NCBI GenBank assembly: GCA_043824255.1
Contig: JBDRTG010000025.1
Coordinates: forward strand, 1 to 51,787
Source: a bacterium
GTDB taxonomy: Bacteria > JAHJDO01
Reading direction: 5' to 3'
Length of the DNA: 51,787 bases
Below, piece by piece: positions 1 through 9,875 of the stretch. A program made the translations under genes and the position numbers. Position 1 is the first letter of the stretch. Every line of letters begins with the position of its first letter. The notes beneath the pieces were generated by a model. It saw only the letters and a program-made list of their open reading frames with translations. It ran no database searches and had not been told where the DNA came from.

Positions 1-153
1 TCCAGCTCAAACGATCATTTTAAGTATCATTTTGCCTGAGGTGATTAAATAAAAATACACTTATTCCGGTTTAATTAACCTAAAATTATAATGCTTTCAC
101 CTATAATCCATCTACTCTCAAACTTGATGGGGAATTCTGGACAACCATTCCGC

Positions 154-182
154 TTGCATTCCTTGAATCATTCATTTAGAAT
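154..182 (+). promoter_or_regulatory. Putative sigma70 promoter for the PilT-like gene
   Basis: TTGCAT (154-159), 17 bp spacer, TAGAAT (177-182); AGGAGG RBS at 221-226 ahead of the ATG at 233. Confidence 0.5.
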
Positions 183-232
183 GAACCAGTGATCCCGGTT
201 CGCTATAAAACGACCTTTTTAGGAGGCTGCGC

Positions 233-1309
233 ATGTCGATCGTCAATTTAAGCCAGATCCTGAGTTTTGCCGCTGAGAAGGGCGCGTCCGACATTCATTT
301 TCAAGTGGGAGCCCCGCCCCTACTCCGCCATTACGGGGAACTCTATCCCCTCAAGCATCCGCCTTTGACCGAAGAAGACACGCTTTTGATCGGACGGACA
401 CTGGCCAAATTCGAGGACAATGAAAAGTTCAAAAGAGAGGTCAAGGATTACGACGGCTCTTTTGCCCTGGCTGACGTGGCCCGCTTCCGGGTGAACGTTT
501 TCCGCCAGAACGGCCGTTATGCCGCCGTGCTGCGGCTGCTCCCCTTTAAAGCGCGGAGCTTCGAGGAACTGAACCTGCCCAAGGTGCTGGAAAAGATCGC
601 TTCCCTGAAGAGGGGGCTGATCCTGGTCACCGGACCCACCGGCAACGGCAAATCGACCACCCTGGCGGCCATTATCAACTACATCAACCAGAAGCGGCGC
701 GCCCACATCATCACCATCGAAGACCCGATCGAGTACCTTTTCGAAAAAAATCTTTCGGTCATCTCACAGCGCGAGATCGGCCCGGACAGCGAATCTTTTG
801 CCACGGCCCTGCGGGCGGCCATGCGCCAGGATCCAGACATCATCATGGTGGGCGAGCTACGCGATCATCTGACCATCGATACCTGCATGAAAGCCGCCGA
901 AACCGGACACCTGGTCATGACCTCCATCCACACCCCGGACATCATGCGCACCCTGAACCGCATCCTGGGGTATTTCCCTCCCGAAGAACAGCTCTCCGTC
1001 CGCCAGCGCCTGTCGGAGAACCTGCTGGCCGTCATCTCCCAGCAACTGCTGCCCAAAATGGACAAAACCGGCATGATCCCGGCCTGCGAAATCATGCTGG
1101 TGAATAAAACCATCGAGATGTGCCTGAAAAACCCGGAAAAAACCGATACGATCATGAAGCACATAGCCAAGAACCGCGATGTGGGCATGCAGACCTTCGA
1201 CCAGCACCTGATCGAACTGGTAAAAACCCGCAAGATATCCATGGATGATGCCATGATAGCGGCGGAACAGGCCGAACAACTGGAACGGGACATGACCTTG
1301 GAGCCATAG
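233..1309 (+). CDS. pilT: PilT/PilU-family type IV pilus retraction ATPase
   Basis: ASDIH N-terminal motif, RFRVNVF, Walker A GPTGNGKST, Asp box TIEDPIEY, Walker B RQDPDIIMVGE, AAETGH, GMQTFDQ. Confidence 0.9.
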   Translation: MSIVNLSQILSFAAEKGASDIHFQVGAPPLLRHYGELYPLKHPPLTEEDTLLIGRTLAKFEDNEKFKREVKDYDGSFALADVARFRVNVFRQNGRYAAVLRLLPFKARSFEELNLPKVLEKIASLKRGLILVTGPTGNGKSTTLAAIINYINQKRRAHIITIEDPIEYLFEKNLSVISQREIGPDSESFATALRAAMRQDPDIIMVGELRDHLTIDTCMKAAETGHLVMTSIHTPDIMRTLNRILGYFPPEEQLSVRQRLSENLLAVISQQLLPKMDKTGMIPACEIMLVNKTIEMCLKNPEKTDTIMKHIAKNRDVGMQTFDQHLIELVKTRKISMDDAMIAAEQAEQLERDMTLEP

Positions 1310-1317
1310 AGCGTCGC

Positions 1318-1384
1318 ATAGGGGAGGGTTTCACGTCAGGGCGGGGGCCATCCGCCGGCACGTTGCCTGGCGGACCGCCCCTAC
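1318..1384. repeat. GTAG-type REP-like palindrome / possible bidirectional terminator between convergent genes
   Basis: ATAGGGGAGGG...CCGCCCCTAC outer inverted repeat enclosing an inner stem TCCGCCGGCA-CGT-TGCCTGGCGGA. Confidence 0.5.
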
Positions 1385-1385
1385 A

Positions 1386-1847
1386 TCAAGAATCTTTTCT
1401 TTCCCGGTGGAAAAAGATGATCAGCAATCCGGGTAGCAGGAACAGCAGGTCGCGGAAGATCAGCACATAAATGTTTTCTTTATCGGCGACTGAGGATGAA
1501 AAACAACCGCAACTCAGGCTGATACCGCGCGCGGCATTGAAACCCAGGGCCAGGATAAAAACCAGCAGCAGCAGCGACAGCAGGGTAGCGGCGCTGCGCA
1601 CCCACAGGCCGGAAACCAGGCACAGGCCGGCGATCAGTTCCAGCCAGGGCAACACCAGGGCCGGCAGGGTGACCAGAAAATCGGGCAATATCCCGTAATT
1701 GGCAACAATTCTGGCAAATTCCTGCGGGTGGGCGATCTTGTCCAAACTGGCGTAGATAAATATCCCGCCCAGGAACAAGCGAGCCAAGACCTGCAGCGGC
1801 CGCGCCGACAGGATGCGGGCGATTTTATTTCTCAACAGCATTTCCAT
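1386..1847 (-). CDS. MauE/DoxX-family membrane protein
   Basis: RLFLGGIFIYASLDKI, LPWLEL and the SCGCF motif typical of MauE-like proteins; about four hydrophobic segments. Confidence 0.85.
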   Translation of the reverse strand: MEMLLRNKIARILSARPLQVLARLFLGGIFIYASLDKIAHPQEFARIVANYGILPDFLVTLPALVLPWLELIAGLCLVSGLWVRSAATLLSLLLLVFILALGFNAARGISLSCGCFSSSVADKENIYVLIFRDLLFLLPGLLIIFFHRERKDS

Positions 1848-2325
1848 TCTCCAGCCAATCCTCCATGCCCCCTTTATAAAGGAACAGGACCTTCAGCCCT
1901 TTTCGAAAGAGCCTCAAGGCCAGTTCATGCGAATCGGGGCACTTCAAGTCGCTGCAGTAAACGATCAACATCCGTGCAGCCCGCAAGTGCTCCTGCTGGC
2001 GGGGGAAGAACTCGTCAAAACGTGAAATCGGCAAACTGGCGGCGCCGGGAATGTGTCCGTGTTCAAAATTTTCAACCGTCCGCGCATCAAGCAGAACAAC
2101 CCCCGGGTCAGCACTGAACTGACGGACAAAATCAACATCGGCTTCACTGAAACCGGAAACGGACACGGCCGGGGCCGCAGAGGGCATTTCCCGGAACAGC
2201 GGCAGGGGCTTATGGGCGAAAAAATTACTGCCCAGGCCAATCAGCACACTGGCCAGGACCATAAGCAGTATTTGCAATATACTTTTTTTATTCATGCGCA
2301 TGCCCTTGGAAACAGTCACGGCCAT
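1825..2325 (-). CDS. Membrane-anchored rhodanese-domain protein (true start probably 2301 or 2295)
   Basis: N-terminal TM; LLDAR, GHIPGA, active-site loop YCSDLKC, C-terminal YKGGMEDW. Confidence 0.85.
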   Translation of the reverse strand: MAVTVSKGMRMNKKSILQILLMVLASVLIGLGSNFFAHKPLPLFREMPSAAPAVSVSGFSEADVDFVRQFSADPGVVLLDARTVENFEHGHIPGAASLPISRFDEFFPRQQEHLRAARMLIVYCSDLKCPDSHELALRLFRKGLKVLFLYKGGMEDWLENGNAVEK

Positions 2326-2343
2326 GCCCGGTTCCGCACATCA

Positions 2344-3876
2344 TCAGAAACGGGCCAAATCCAGCGACCTGTACTGCAGGGCTTCCTGCACGTGCCGGGC
2401 GGCGATCGTCTCCACTCCATCCAGATCCGCTATGGTTCTGGCCACTTTCAATACCCTAAAATAACCACGGGCGCTCAGGTCGAACTTGTCCACAGCCAGT
2501 CGCAGCAACTGGCCGCCGCTTTCGTCCAGCGGGCAGAATTTTCTGATCTCGGCATTGCGCATCTGGCCATTGGCGAATATCTTCTTTTTCAAGTTCTTGA
2601 AACGATGCAATTGCAGGTTGCGGGCACCGACCACCCTCTTCTTGATGTCAGCGGAACTCTCCGCCATTGCCGGCGAAGTGATCTCATCCAGTTTGACCTT
2701 CTTCACCTCGATCTGCAGGTCAATGCGATCCAGCAATGGCTTGGAAAGCTTGGCGTAGTAGCGGTGCTTTTGGGAATGACTGGCGGCGTAACCACCCGCT
2801 TCCCCCAAACCGACCGAGTCCTGGCTGGGATTCATGGCCGCCACCAGCATGAATCGGGCCGGGAAGGTGGAAGACGTCAGGGAACGGGAAACGGTTATCT
2901 TGCCGTCTTCCAGCGGCTGGCGCAGTACTTCCAGTGCCGATTTTTTAAAATAGGGGATCTCGTCCAGGAAGAGCACACCGTTATGAGCCAGGGAGATCTC
3001 ACCAGGTACCGGGTATTTGCCGCCGCCGCTGATGCCGACATCAGAAATGGTATGGTGCGGCGAACGGAAGGGCCGGCGGCAGACCAAACCGCCCTTCTGG
3101 CCCAGGAGGCCGGCAGCGCTGTAGGTCAGCGATGTTTCCAGGATTTCATCATCACTCATGTCAGGCAGGATGGATGGCAGCGCCTTGGAGATCATGGATT
3201 TTCCCGATCCCGGGGGGCCGATCATCAGGACATTGTGAAAACCAGCGGCGGCGATCTCCATTACTCGCTTGGCCATATACTGGCCCTTAATCTCGGAAAA
3301 ATCATTATCGCAAAATCCGATGGGTTCCTTGGTTATCTCGGCATGGCAGGGGGTGAAAGCGGCGGGATTTTCGATCAACTGGATGACCTGGGTGAGGTTT
3401 TTCAAGGCGTATACCTCGATGTCTTTGACAAACTGGGCTTCCACGCGGTTTTCAAAAGGGATGACGATGCCGCGGAAGCCCTTTTCACGGGCGTACAGGG
3501 AAATGTTCAGCACGCCCTTTACCGGGTTCAGATCACCGTTGAGGTTCAGCTCGCCGTAAAACAGCAGGTCGGCAAAGGCCGGGCTTTCCATGCGGTAGCG
3601 GTTCTTGATGATACCCACGGCCATAGGCAGATCCAGGGCCGACCCCTCTTTGCGCACATCGGCCGGAGAGAGGTTGATCACGATTTTCGTGGCTTGGGGA
3701 TAATCGAAATTAGCCTGGCTGACCGCCAGTTTCAGCCGCTCGCGGCTCTCCTTGACGGCATTGTCGGGCAGGCCGACGATGACGATGCCGGGAATGCCGC
3801 GCGAGAAACCGACTTCGACCTCGGTGGCTACCACCTCCAGGCCGTTGAGAACCGCCGAATTGATCCGGCTGATCAT
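2344..3876 (-). CDS. comM: YifB/ComM Mg-chelatase-like AAA+ ATPase
   Basis: VGLPDNAVKESRER, INLSPADVRKEG, GPPGSGKSM, RPFRSPHH, GEISLAHNGVLFLDE, LSARGYFRVLKVARTIADL. Confidence 0.92.
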   Translation of the reverse strand: MISRINSAVLNGLEVVATEVEVGFSRGIPGIVIVGLPDNAVKESRERLKLAVSQANFDYPQATKIVINLSPADVRKEGSALDLPMAVGIIKNRYRMESPAFADLLFYGELNLNGDLNPVKGVLNISLYAREKGFRGIVIPFENRVEAQFVKDIEVYALKNLTQVIQLIENPAAFTPCHAEITKEPIGFCDNDFSEIKGQYMAKRVMEIAAAGFHNVLMIGPPGSGKSMISKALPSILPDMSDDEILETSLTYSAAGLLGQKGGLVCRRPFRSPHHTISDVGISGGGKYPVPGEISLAHNGVLFLDEIPYFKKSALEVLRQPLEDGKITVSRSLTSSTFPARFMLVAAMNPSQDSVGLGEAGGYAASHSQKHRYYAKLSKPLLDRIDLQIEVKKVKLDEITSPAMAESSADIKKRVVGARNLQLHRFKNLKKKIFANGQMRNAEIRKFCPLDESGGQLLRLAVDKFDLSARGYFRVLKVARTIADLDGVETIAARHVQEALQYRSLDLARF

Positions 3877-5264
3877 CTATCCCCCCGGGGAATAATCAGG
3901 TTCATGCCCGGCCTGATCAAATCGGATCTCAAACCATTGACCTTCTTGATCTGGCTGACCGATGTAGCATGGCGGCGGGCGATGGAATAGAGACTGTCCC
4001 CGGGACGGACCCGATAGGTATTGTATTTCGGGATCTGCTTAAGCGGAATTCTTTCCAGGCCGGCCAGAACCGCTTCATCGGCGAGAGCCGGGACGCGCAA
4101 GCGGTATTCGCTCAAATTACTGGGGGTGAAGTCACGCAGCAATTCAGGGTTCAGCTTTTTCAAATCCACATAGGAAATTTGCAGAAGTGACGCGATATGC
4201 GCCAACGAGGCCGGCGACGGCACGGCCACGGTTTTGCTGCCGGCAAAAATCGCTTCGCCGCCGTTGACCTTGAAACCATATTCCTGGGGAGCGCGGGCAA
4301 TGATCAGCGAGGCCAAAAAGGCCGGCACATAGTTCTTGGTTTCGCGACGGATATGATGGGTCTGGTTGATGGTGAAGAAATCCGCTGTTTGCAGTAGGCG
4401 CATGGCTTTTTTGACCCGGCGCGGGCCGCCGTTGTAGCAGGCCAAAACGATGTACCAATCGTTGTATTCCTGGTAGAGATCTTTCATGTAGCGGGCCGCG
4501 GCAGCGGCTGCTTTGAACGGGTCCAACCGTTCATCGACCTGCCAATCCACCCGCAACTCGAAAAGCCGGGCGGTCGCGGCCATGAACTGCCAGGCCCCCC
4601 TGGCCCGGGCCCGCGAAGTGGCATCGACACGAAAACCGCTCTCGATGATCGGCAAGTAAACCAGGTCTTCCGGGATTTCGTACTGGCGAAAAATTTCCTT
4701 GAAGGGAGCAATGAACTCGACCATACGGTCGAGGGCCCTCTGGATGCCGTCATGGCGGATGGTCTGGAAGGCCTTGAGAAAGGAAACCACCTGAGAATTG
4801 ACGATCACCGGAATGCTGTAGGAAACCTTCGCAGTTTCACTGACTTTCTGCTTCAGGTCCAAAACATCCTTTTCCGTGGGCAGGAAAAGCGGCGTGGAGA
4901 TGACCTGGTCGAGAAACGCCTCATGCTGGCCATTTTCCGGACTGTTTTTATCCTTCAAATAATTCAACTCGATAGCGGCGATTTTCTTCACATAATCGTT
5001 CAGGACATTTTTGCTGTCGCCGCCCTGACCACCGCCGCGGGCATCGAGGAGCACATCCAGGGTTTGGTTGAAGCAGGACCTGGCTGCCGCCATGTCGCCT
5101 TTTTCCATACAGGTCTTGCCTTGCTGGAAATAAGCCGCGGCCCTGGCCGGCGGACCGCCGGCAGCAAGCGGATCTGCGGCGGGGACCAGGGGGCGCCGGG
5201 ATGCGGCGCAGGCAAATAACAAAGAAAAAACGGCAAGCAGCAGGACGAATTTAATTTTTGACAT
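3873..5264 (-). CDS. Lipoprotein lytic transglycosylase (MltD-like, GH23 SLT plus C-terminal LysM)
   Basis: Lipobox LFAC; IIESGF catalytic Glu motif, GAWQFM, DERLD, YNGG, ETKNYVP; LysM YRVRPGDSLYSIA. Confidence 0.88.
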   Translation of the reverse strand: MSKIKFVLLLAVFSLLFACAASRRPLVPAADPLAAGGPPARAAAYFQQGKTCMEKGDMAAARSCFNQTLDVLLDARGGGQGGDSKNVLNDYVKKIAAIELNYLKDKNSPENGQHEAFLDQVISTPLFLPTEKDVLDLKQKVSETAKVSYSIPVIVNSQVVSFLKAFQTIRHDGIQRALDRMVEFIAPFKEIFRQYEIPEDLVYLPIIESGFRVDATSRARARGAWQFMAATARLFELRVDWQVDERLDPFKAAAAAARYMKDLYQEYNDWYIVLACYNGGPRRVKKAMRLLQTADFFTINQTHHIRRETKNYVPAFLASLIIARAPQEYGFKVNGGEAIFAGSKTVAVPSPASLAHIASLLQISYVDLKKLNPELLRDFTPSNLSEYRLRVPALADEAVLAGLERIPLKQIPKYNTYRVRPGDSLYSIARRHATSVSQIKKVNGLRSDLIRPGMNLIIPRGDR

Positions 5265-6252
5265 CTAGGATGATATTTACCTTCTTGGTTTCGGGGTTCA
5301 GGACGATGTCGAAGGAACGGATGGTGCGGCCAGCGCTGTCCTTGACCTCAACGGTCAGGTGACCGTTGCCGGCGGTTATCTTTTCAATTTTTGTGATGCG
5401 GGTAGGATCTTCCAACCGCTTCAGCAACTCGCCGAAAGATGGATTGAAGGGTTTGGCCTGGGGTGACTCCTTGGCTGCGCCGGCGTTTTTTTCAACTGCG
5501 GCCGGCGGGATAGTTTCAGCTTTTGTTGGCGGCTCCTGCCCTGCATCGCTGGCGGCCATTTGTTCCATGCTGACCTTTTTCACAGGCAGATCTTTCATCT
5601 TAACCATCTGCTGGCTATGATTCACATCGAACTGCACGGCTACGTTCTTGGCGGAAACCGCAGTGTGTTCCAGCGCTTCCTTGATCCTGACCAGGGTCAT
5701 GCCAGAGATCTCGCGCAGGGTTTCTATGACCCCACGGCCGTTGCGGGCCACGGCCTCAAAGTAAGGCCGCTTCAAGCCGTTCAAATTGCCATTCAGTCTG
5801 TCCAGGGACGAAATGCCTTTCAGGTCTCTCTTGTTGTATTGGAAAACCAGGGGAATGTCCTCGATCAGATGGTTGTAGAATCCCAGGTTCTCTTTCAGGT
5901 TGCCAAAACTCTCCAGGTTGGCTTGTTCCATCAATTCCTGGGAGTCGGCCACGAAAACGATGCCGTCGGCGCCTTTCAAGACCAGTTTGCGGGTAGAGTC
6001 GTAAAAAACCTGCCCGGGAACGGTGTACAATTGAAACTTGGTTTCATAGCCCTTAACCAGGCCGACGTTAACGGGCAGCAGGTCAAAAAAAAGGGTACGT
6101 TCGATCTCGGTTTCCATGCAGACAAGCTCACCGCGCGAATGCGGGTTGGTCACGGAATAAATATACTGCAGGTTGGTGGTTTTGCCGCCCAGTCCGGTGC
6201 CGTAATAGACGATTTTGGCGGTTACCTGCTTGGATGTGTGGTTGATCAGCAT
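5251..6252 (-). CDS. MglA-family small GTPase with ~140-aa C-terminal extension
   Basis: KIVYYGTGLGGKTTNL, ERTLFFDLLP, LYTVPGQVFY, GADGIVFVADSQ, QYNKRDL match MglA G-motifs. Confidence 0.88.
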   Translation of the reverse strand: MLINHTSKQVTAKIVYYGTGLGGKTTNLQYIYSVTNPHSRGELVCMETEIERTLFFDLLPVNVGLVKGYETKFQLYTVPGQVFYDSTRKLVLKGADGIVFVADSQELMEQANLESFGNLKENLGFYNHLIEDIPLVFQYNKRDLKGISSLDRLNGNLNGLKRPYFEAVARNGRGVIETLREISGMTLVRIKEALEHTAVSAKNVAVQFDVNHSQQMVKMKDLPVKKVSMEQMAASDAGQEPPTKAETIPPAAVEKNAGAAKESPQAKPFNPSFGELLKRLEDPTRITKIEKITAGNGHLTVEVKDSAGRTIRSFDIVLNPETKKVNIILDVKN

Positions 6253-6341
6253 CTCATTCTGCCCTTTTCATTTTCGCATTTTTCCCGGACAAAGTCAAAC
6301 ATCCTGGCTTGACGAAAAAGGGCCGATCGCCGCTGGCGCGC

Positions 6342-9188
6342 TTAAAAATCGAAGCCGATCCAGAAATTGATGCCGCTGTATTCCGTATTCTTGAAATCGG
6401 TCCGGTAGACCCATTCGAAGTGCAGGGGATAGCCGAAAAGGAAAAATTCGATGCCGTAGCCGTAGGAGGACAGCGAATCCTTTAGTTGCAAACTCCCGGG
6501 CTCGAAAATGCGATATTCCTGATCATTGAACCACAGGCCGCCGAAATCAAAGAAGAACACGCCGCGCACAGGGCCGATGACACCGATCGGGGTCAGGGCG
6601 GCATGGACCAGGGGGAAGCGGAATTCGGCATTGAAAAAGAATCCTTTGTTGCCGACCAAGCTGCGGAAATCTGCCGCTCTCAAAGTATTGTTGCCGCCGC
6701 TCCAGTACAGCAAGGCGTTCTTGCCGCCGGAATAAAATCCACTCAAGCGGAAGGCCAGCAGGGAATAGTTGTCGAGGCGCACGTACTTGCGGAAATCGCC
6801 TTCCAGGGTATAGGCATCCAGCGATTTGGAAGAAAGCTTGAAATATCTGCCGACGCTCAGCCGGAAGGTGTGGCCCTGGTTCGGTCCGTAATAGGAGAAG
6901 CGGGTGGTTTCGGATACCAGCGACGCCGAAACCGGCAGAGCGAAGCCGTTGAAGAACTGGCCGTAGGGAAGTTCCTGCTGGTAATAAAACAGGTCGGAAT
7001 CCTCTTCCTGGTGGTAGGCCGACATGGTCAGTTCGGTGCGGGTGGAGCGGCTTAAAGGATAGATCAGGGCGAATTCGGCACCGATGCGGCTGCGCAGCGA
7101 AAGGTAATAGTTGCTGACGTAGGGATAATAATAGGCGTCGCTTTCGGAAAAAAGATGAGTGTACAGTTGCAGGCGGCGCCGCTGATTCAAATAGGCCAAA
7201 TGGTAGGAGCGATAGCCGTAAAAGGAGGCCAGATAGAATATGAAGTTGTGGTCACCCAGCATATCGGTCACGTTCAAATAGGAAGAGCCGAAGAAACCGC
7301 CGTTGGTATCCACGGCCACCGTGACCGGCGGCAAACTGGTGATGATCAGCTTTTCAAAGGGCTTGTATTTTTTTACGCTCAATGTGAAAGGCACGGCTAC
7401 TTCCATCGCAGCGGCCGCCGGGGCAGCGGCGGACTGAACGGCGGTGAACTCGACCGGCCGCTTGGCCAAATAGCTGCTGACATCCTTTTTGAAAAGCAGG
7501 AAGCTCCCTTTGTGGAACGAGGAGATGACCAGCTGGCCTTTGGCCTTGGGGATCTCCACCGGAAAGAAGTTGCCGGTGCGTACGTCGCTGAAGCGGTAGA
7601 GGATCTTGCTCTCCAGGTCCAGTGAACAGATGTTGAAGGCGCCGAGTTCATCGGAGCTGTAATACACGGTCTTGCCGTCCAAGGAAAAGGCCGGGGCGAT
7701 ATCGTTGTATTCGCCGTCGGTGAGCCGCATGGCCAGGTCGGGGCTCTCGCTGGCCGCCAAATACAACTTATCGAAATCGCCGAATCCGGCCGAGTACACG
7801 ACCTTTTCACCGTCGCCGCTGATGTCGACCGCCTTGATGTAGGTTCGGCCGTCGCTCAGCTTGCGGATCTGGCCATTGCCCAGGTCTAGGGAGTACAGGA
7901 AGGATTGGATGCCCTCGATGCCGGTGAAAAGCAGGCGGTTCTGGCTGGGATGGAAAACCGGTGAGCTCGGCTTCTGGATGGCGCCGATGTTGAATTCCTT
8001 CAGCACCCGGTTATCGATGGCATTGAGCACGACCAAGAACGAGTCGAGCTCCTTGCGCACGAAGAAAGCGATGTTTTCACCGCGGCGGTCCCAACTGAAG
8101 GAGCGGCCGTCGGAGGGGACGAACTTGAATTCGATGCCGTCATAAGTGGATTTGTACCCGGGGGTGACGTTCTTGATCACCTTGCCGTCCTTGAGCGAGA
8201 CCAGGATAATATCGATCTTATAGCTGCGGTAATTGACCGTGACCACGGCTAGCAATTCGCCGCCCGGTGAAACCTGGTGGGAAAAGGAATAAGCAAACGG
8301 AAAATCGGGTCCGATGATAAAGCTGTAATCCTCGGGGTTTTCGCGGCCGATGAAGGCCTTGAAGCGGTTACGGGCGTATTTCTTGAATTCATAATTGAAG
8401 GTCTTGGGCACGAAATTGAACTGCTCCAGGAAACTCTTGCGCTTGCTGACCAAGGCCGGACGCCGCTGGCTGTACAGCAGGTCGCGGACACCCTTCTTGC
8501 CGAATTTTTCATAAAAAAACTCGAACATCAAGTGGCCGAAATCGTAGGGGGTGCGGTTGGTGCCGTAAGCGGCGCGGATATCGCCGTCATCCTGGATCTC
8601 GGGGATGCGATCGCTGAGCACATTGTCGATGACGGTCATCAGGCTGAAACTGTCCCAGTAGTCGGTCATGAATTCGGCGAAACCCTCCATGACCCACAGG
8701 GGCGGGCGGTTGAAATTGAACATGCCGGTGGAGCGGTTCTTGTAAAGAATGGCGAATTCGAAAGAATGACTCAACTCATGGGTGATCAGGCGTCCCAGGT
8801 CTTCACTGCTGCGGTTGCCGTAAATCACCAGGCGGTGACCGATGGGTTCGGTGAAGCCCTCGAAACTCCCCGGGGGGATGATGCCCGGATACAGGTTGGT
8901 TTGCTCCAAATCGGTCTGTTTGTTGTAAAAAATGATCGGGGTCTTCTCCTCAATGGTCACATTCAAAAGCGAGGAGAGCTTTTCATAGGCCTTTTCCGCT
9001 TCGCGGGCCACCCGGCCCAGCAGTTCCGCATCGTCCATATAGTGATAAATGCGGAAATTCTTGGTTTCCGCATATTTCCAAGGGAAGGCCTGGCGAACGA
9101 TCTTGTTTTTTCCGTAATAAAAGGAATACTGGCCGAACAGGACCGCGGCGCAGAACAGACAGAAAAAGGCGAATGTTGTTTTTTTCAT
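6342..9188 (-). CDS. Omp85/BamA-superfamily outer-membrane protein with N-terminal zinc-metallopeptidase-like and TolB/PD40 beta-propeller domains
   Basis: Signal peptide; YGKNKI; HELSH plus WVMEGFAEF; propeller repeats (SPVFHP, APAFSLDGKTVYYSSD); barrel strands NAEFRFPL, FFDFGG; C-terminal IGFDF. Confidence 0.8.
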   Translation of the reverse strand: MKKTTFAFFCLFCAAVLFGQYSFYYGKNKIVRQAFPWKYAETKNFRIYHYMDDAELLGRVAREAEKAYEKLSSLLNVTIEEKTPIIFYNKQTDLEQTNLYPGIIPPGSFEGFTEPIGHRLVIYGNRSSEDLGRLITHELSHSFEFAILYKNRSTGMFNFNRPPLWVMEGFAEFMTDYWDSFSLMTVIDNVLSDRIPEIQDDGDIRAAYGTNRTPYDFGHLMFEFFYEKFGKKGVRDLLYSQRRPALVSKRKSFLEQFNFVPKTFNYEFKKYARNRFKAFIGRENPEDYSFIIGPDFPFAYSFSHQVSPGGELLAVVTVNYRSYKIDIILVSLKDGKVIKNVTPGYKSTYDGIEFKFVPSDGRSFSWDRRGENIAFFVRKELDSFLVVLNAIDNRVLKEFNIGAIQKPSSPVFHPSQNRLLFTGIEGIQSFLYSLDLGNGQIRKLSDGRTYIKAVDISGDGEKVVYSAGFGDFDKLYLAASESPDLAMRLTDGEYNDIAPAFSLDGKTVYYSSDELGAFNICSLDLESKILYRFSDVRTGNFFPVEIPKAKGQLVISSFHKGSFLLFKKDVSSYLAKRPVEFTAVQSAAAPAAAAMEVAVPFTLSVKKYKPFEKLIITSLPPVTVAVDTNGGFFGSSYLNVTDMLGDHNFIFYLASFYGYRSYHLAYLNQRRRLQLYTHLFSESDAYYYPYVSNYYLSLRSRIGAEFALIYPLSRSTRTELTMSAYHQEEDSDLFYYQQELPYGQFFNGFALPVSASLVSETTRFSYYGPNQGHTFRLSVGRYFKLSSKSLDAYTLEGDFRKYVRLDNYSLLAFRLSGFYSGGKNALLYWSGGNNTLRAADFRSLVGNKGFFFNAEFRFPLVHAALTPIGVIGPVRGVFFFDFGGLWFNDQEYRIFEPGSLQLKDSLSSYGYGIEFFLFGYPLHFEWVYRTDFKNTEYSGINFWIGFDF

Positions 9189-9197
9189 ATTGCCACC

Positions 9198-9875
9198 CTA
9201 TTTGTATAAAATAAATCTTTCCTGGAGTGCTTTGCGGGGTTGGAGCGCCGCGGTCAGCTTGGCCGTCATCTTGGCGAACATGCTGTTGAAATTAAACTGG
9301 GCCGCGCTTTCGGCGCCTGGTTCCAATTTCTCCGTATACGTTTCCTGCTTGAGGATCTTTGCCTTGTCGCCGTCGATGAGAAAAACCTTCATCTCCATTT
9401 CCCACAACTGTACCGTTTCATAAGCGTTTTTCTTTTTGCCCATTTCATCCCTGGTCTCCTTGACTACGCCCATTTTCTTGATGTTCAGTTTCAGTTTGCC
9501 GGTGAAAAAAAGTGCCCCGGGGTGGGCCTGGAAGATCTTGTGGAAAAAGACGCTGTTGTCGTACTGAATATCCACGGCCAAACGGTAGCGCCGCAGTATA
9601 CCACGGATCATGGCCCAATGGTCGGGCTCGAGCAGGACGATCTTCTTGTTGATGGCGAAAGGGATCTCTTCGGCGAATGTCCTGCGAATCTCGGTCTCGG
9701 TAGTCAATCCGGCCTCGGGGATATCACAGACAAAGTCGATGAAGAACACATCACGGTAAGCGGAAAAATCGGCGATTTTTTCCTCGCTGAAAGGGATGGG
9801 CACGGAGACGAATGATTCGACACAGGCCACGCTCAGGCCGGCCAGGAGCAGCAGCGGGATGATCTTACTTTTCAT
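9198..9875 (-). CDS. Hypothetical lipoprotein
   Basis: Signal peptide with lipobox SVAC; overlaps the upstream TPR gene and ends 9 bp before the Omp85 gene. Confidence 0.7.
   Translation of the reverse strand: MKSKIIPLLLLAGLSVACVESFVSVPIPFSEEKIADFSAYRDVFFIDFVCDIPEAGLTTETEIRRTFAEEIPFAINKKIVLLEPDHWAMIRGILRRYRLAVDIQYDNSVFFHKIFQAHPGALFFTGKLKLNIKKMGVVKETRDEMGKKKNAYETVQLWEMEMKVFLIDGDKAKILKQETYTEKLEPGAESAAQFNFNSMFAKMTAKLTAALQPRKALQERFILYK

Noticed and set aside
2053..3990. 645-aa plus-strand ORF
   Set aside because: Antisense shadow of comM and the rhodanese gene; no motifs; long antisense frames are expected in GC-rich coding DNA
5560..9815. Plus-strand ORFs of 150-310 aa (5560-6312, 6486-7055, 7155-7625, 8277-9209, 9240-9815)
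   Set aside because: All lie antisense to well-supported minus-strand genes and have no recognisable domains
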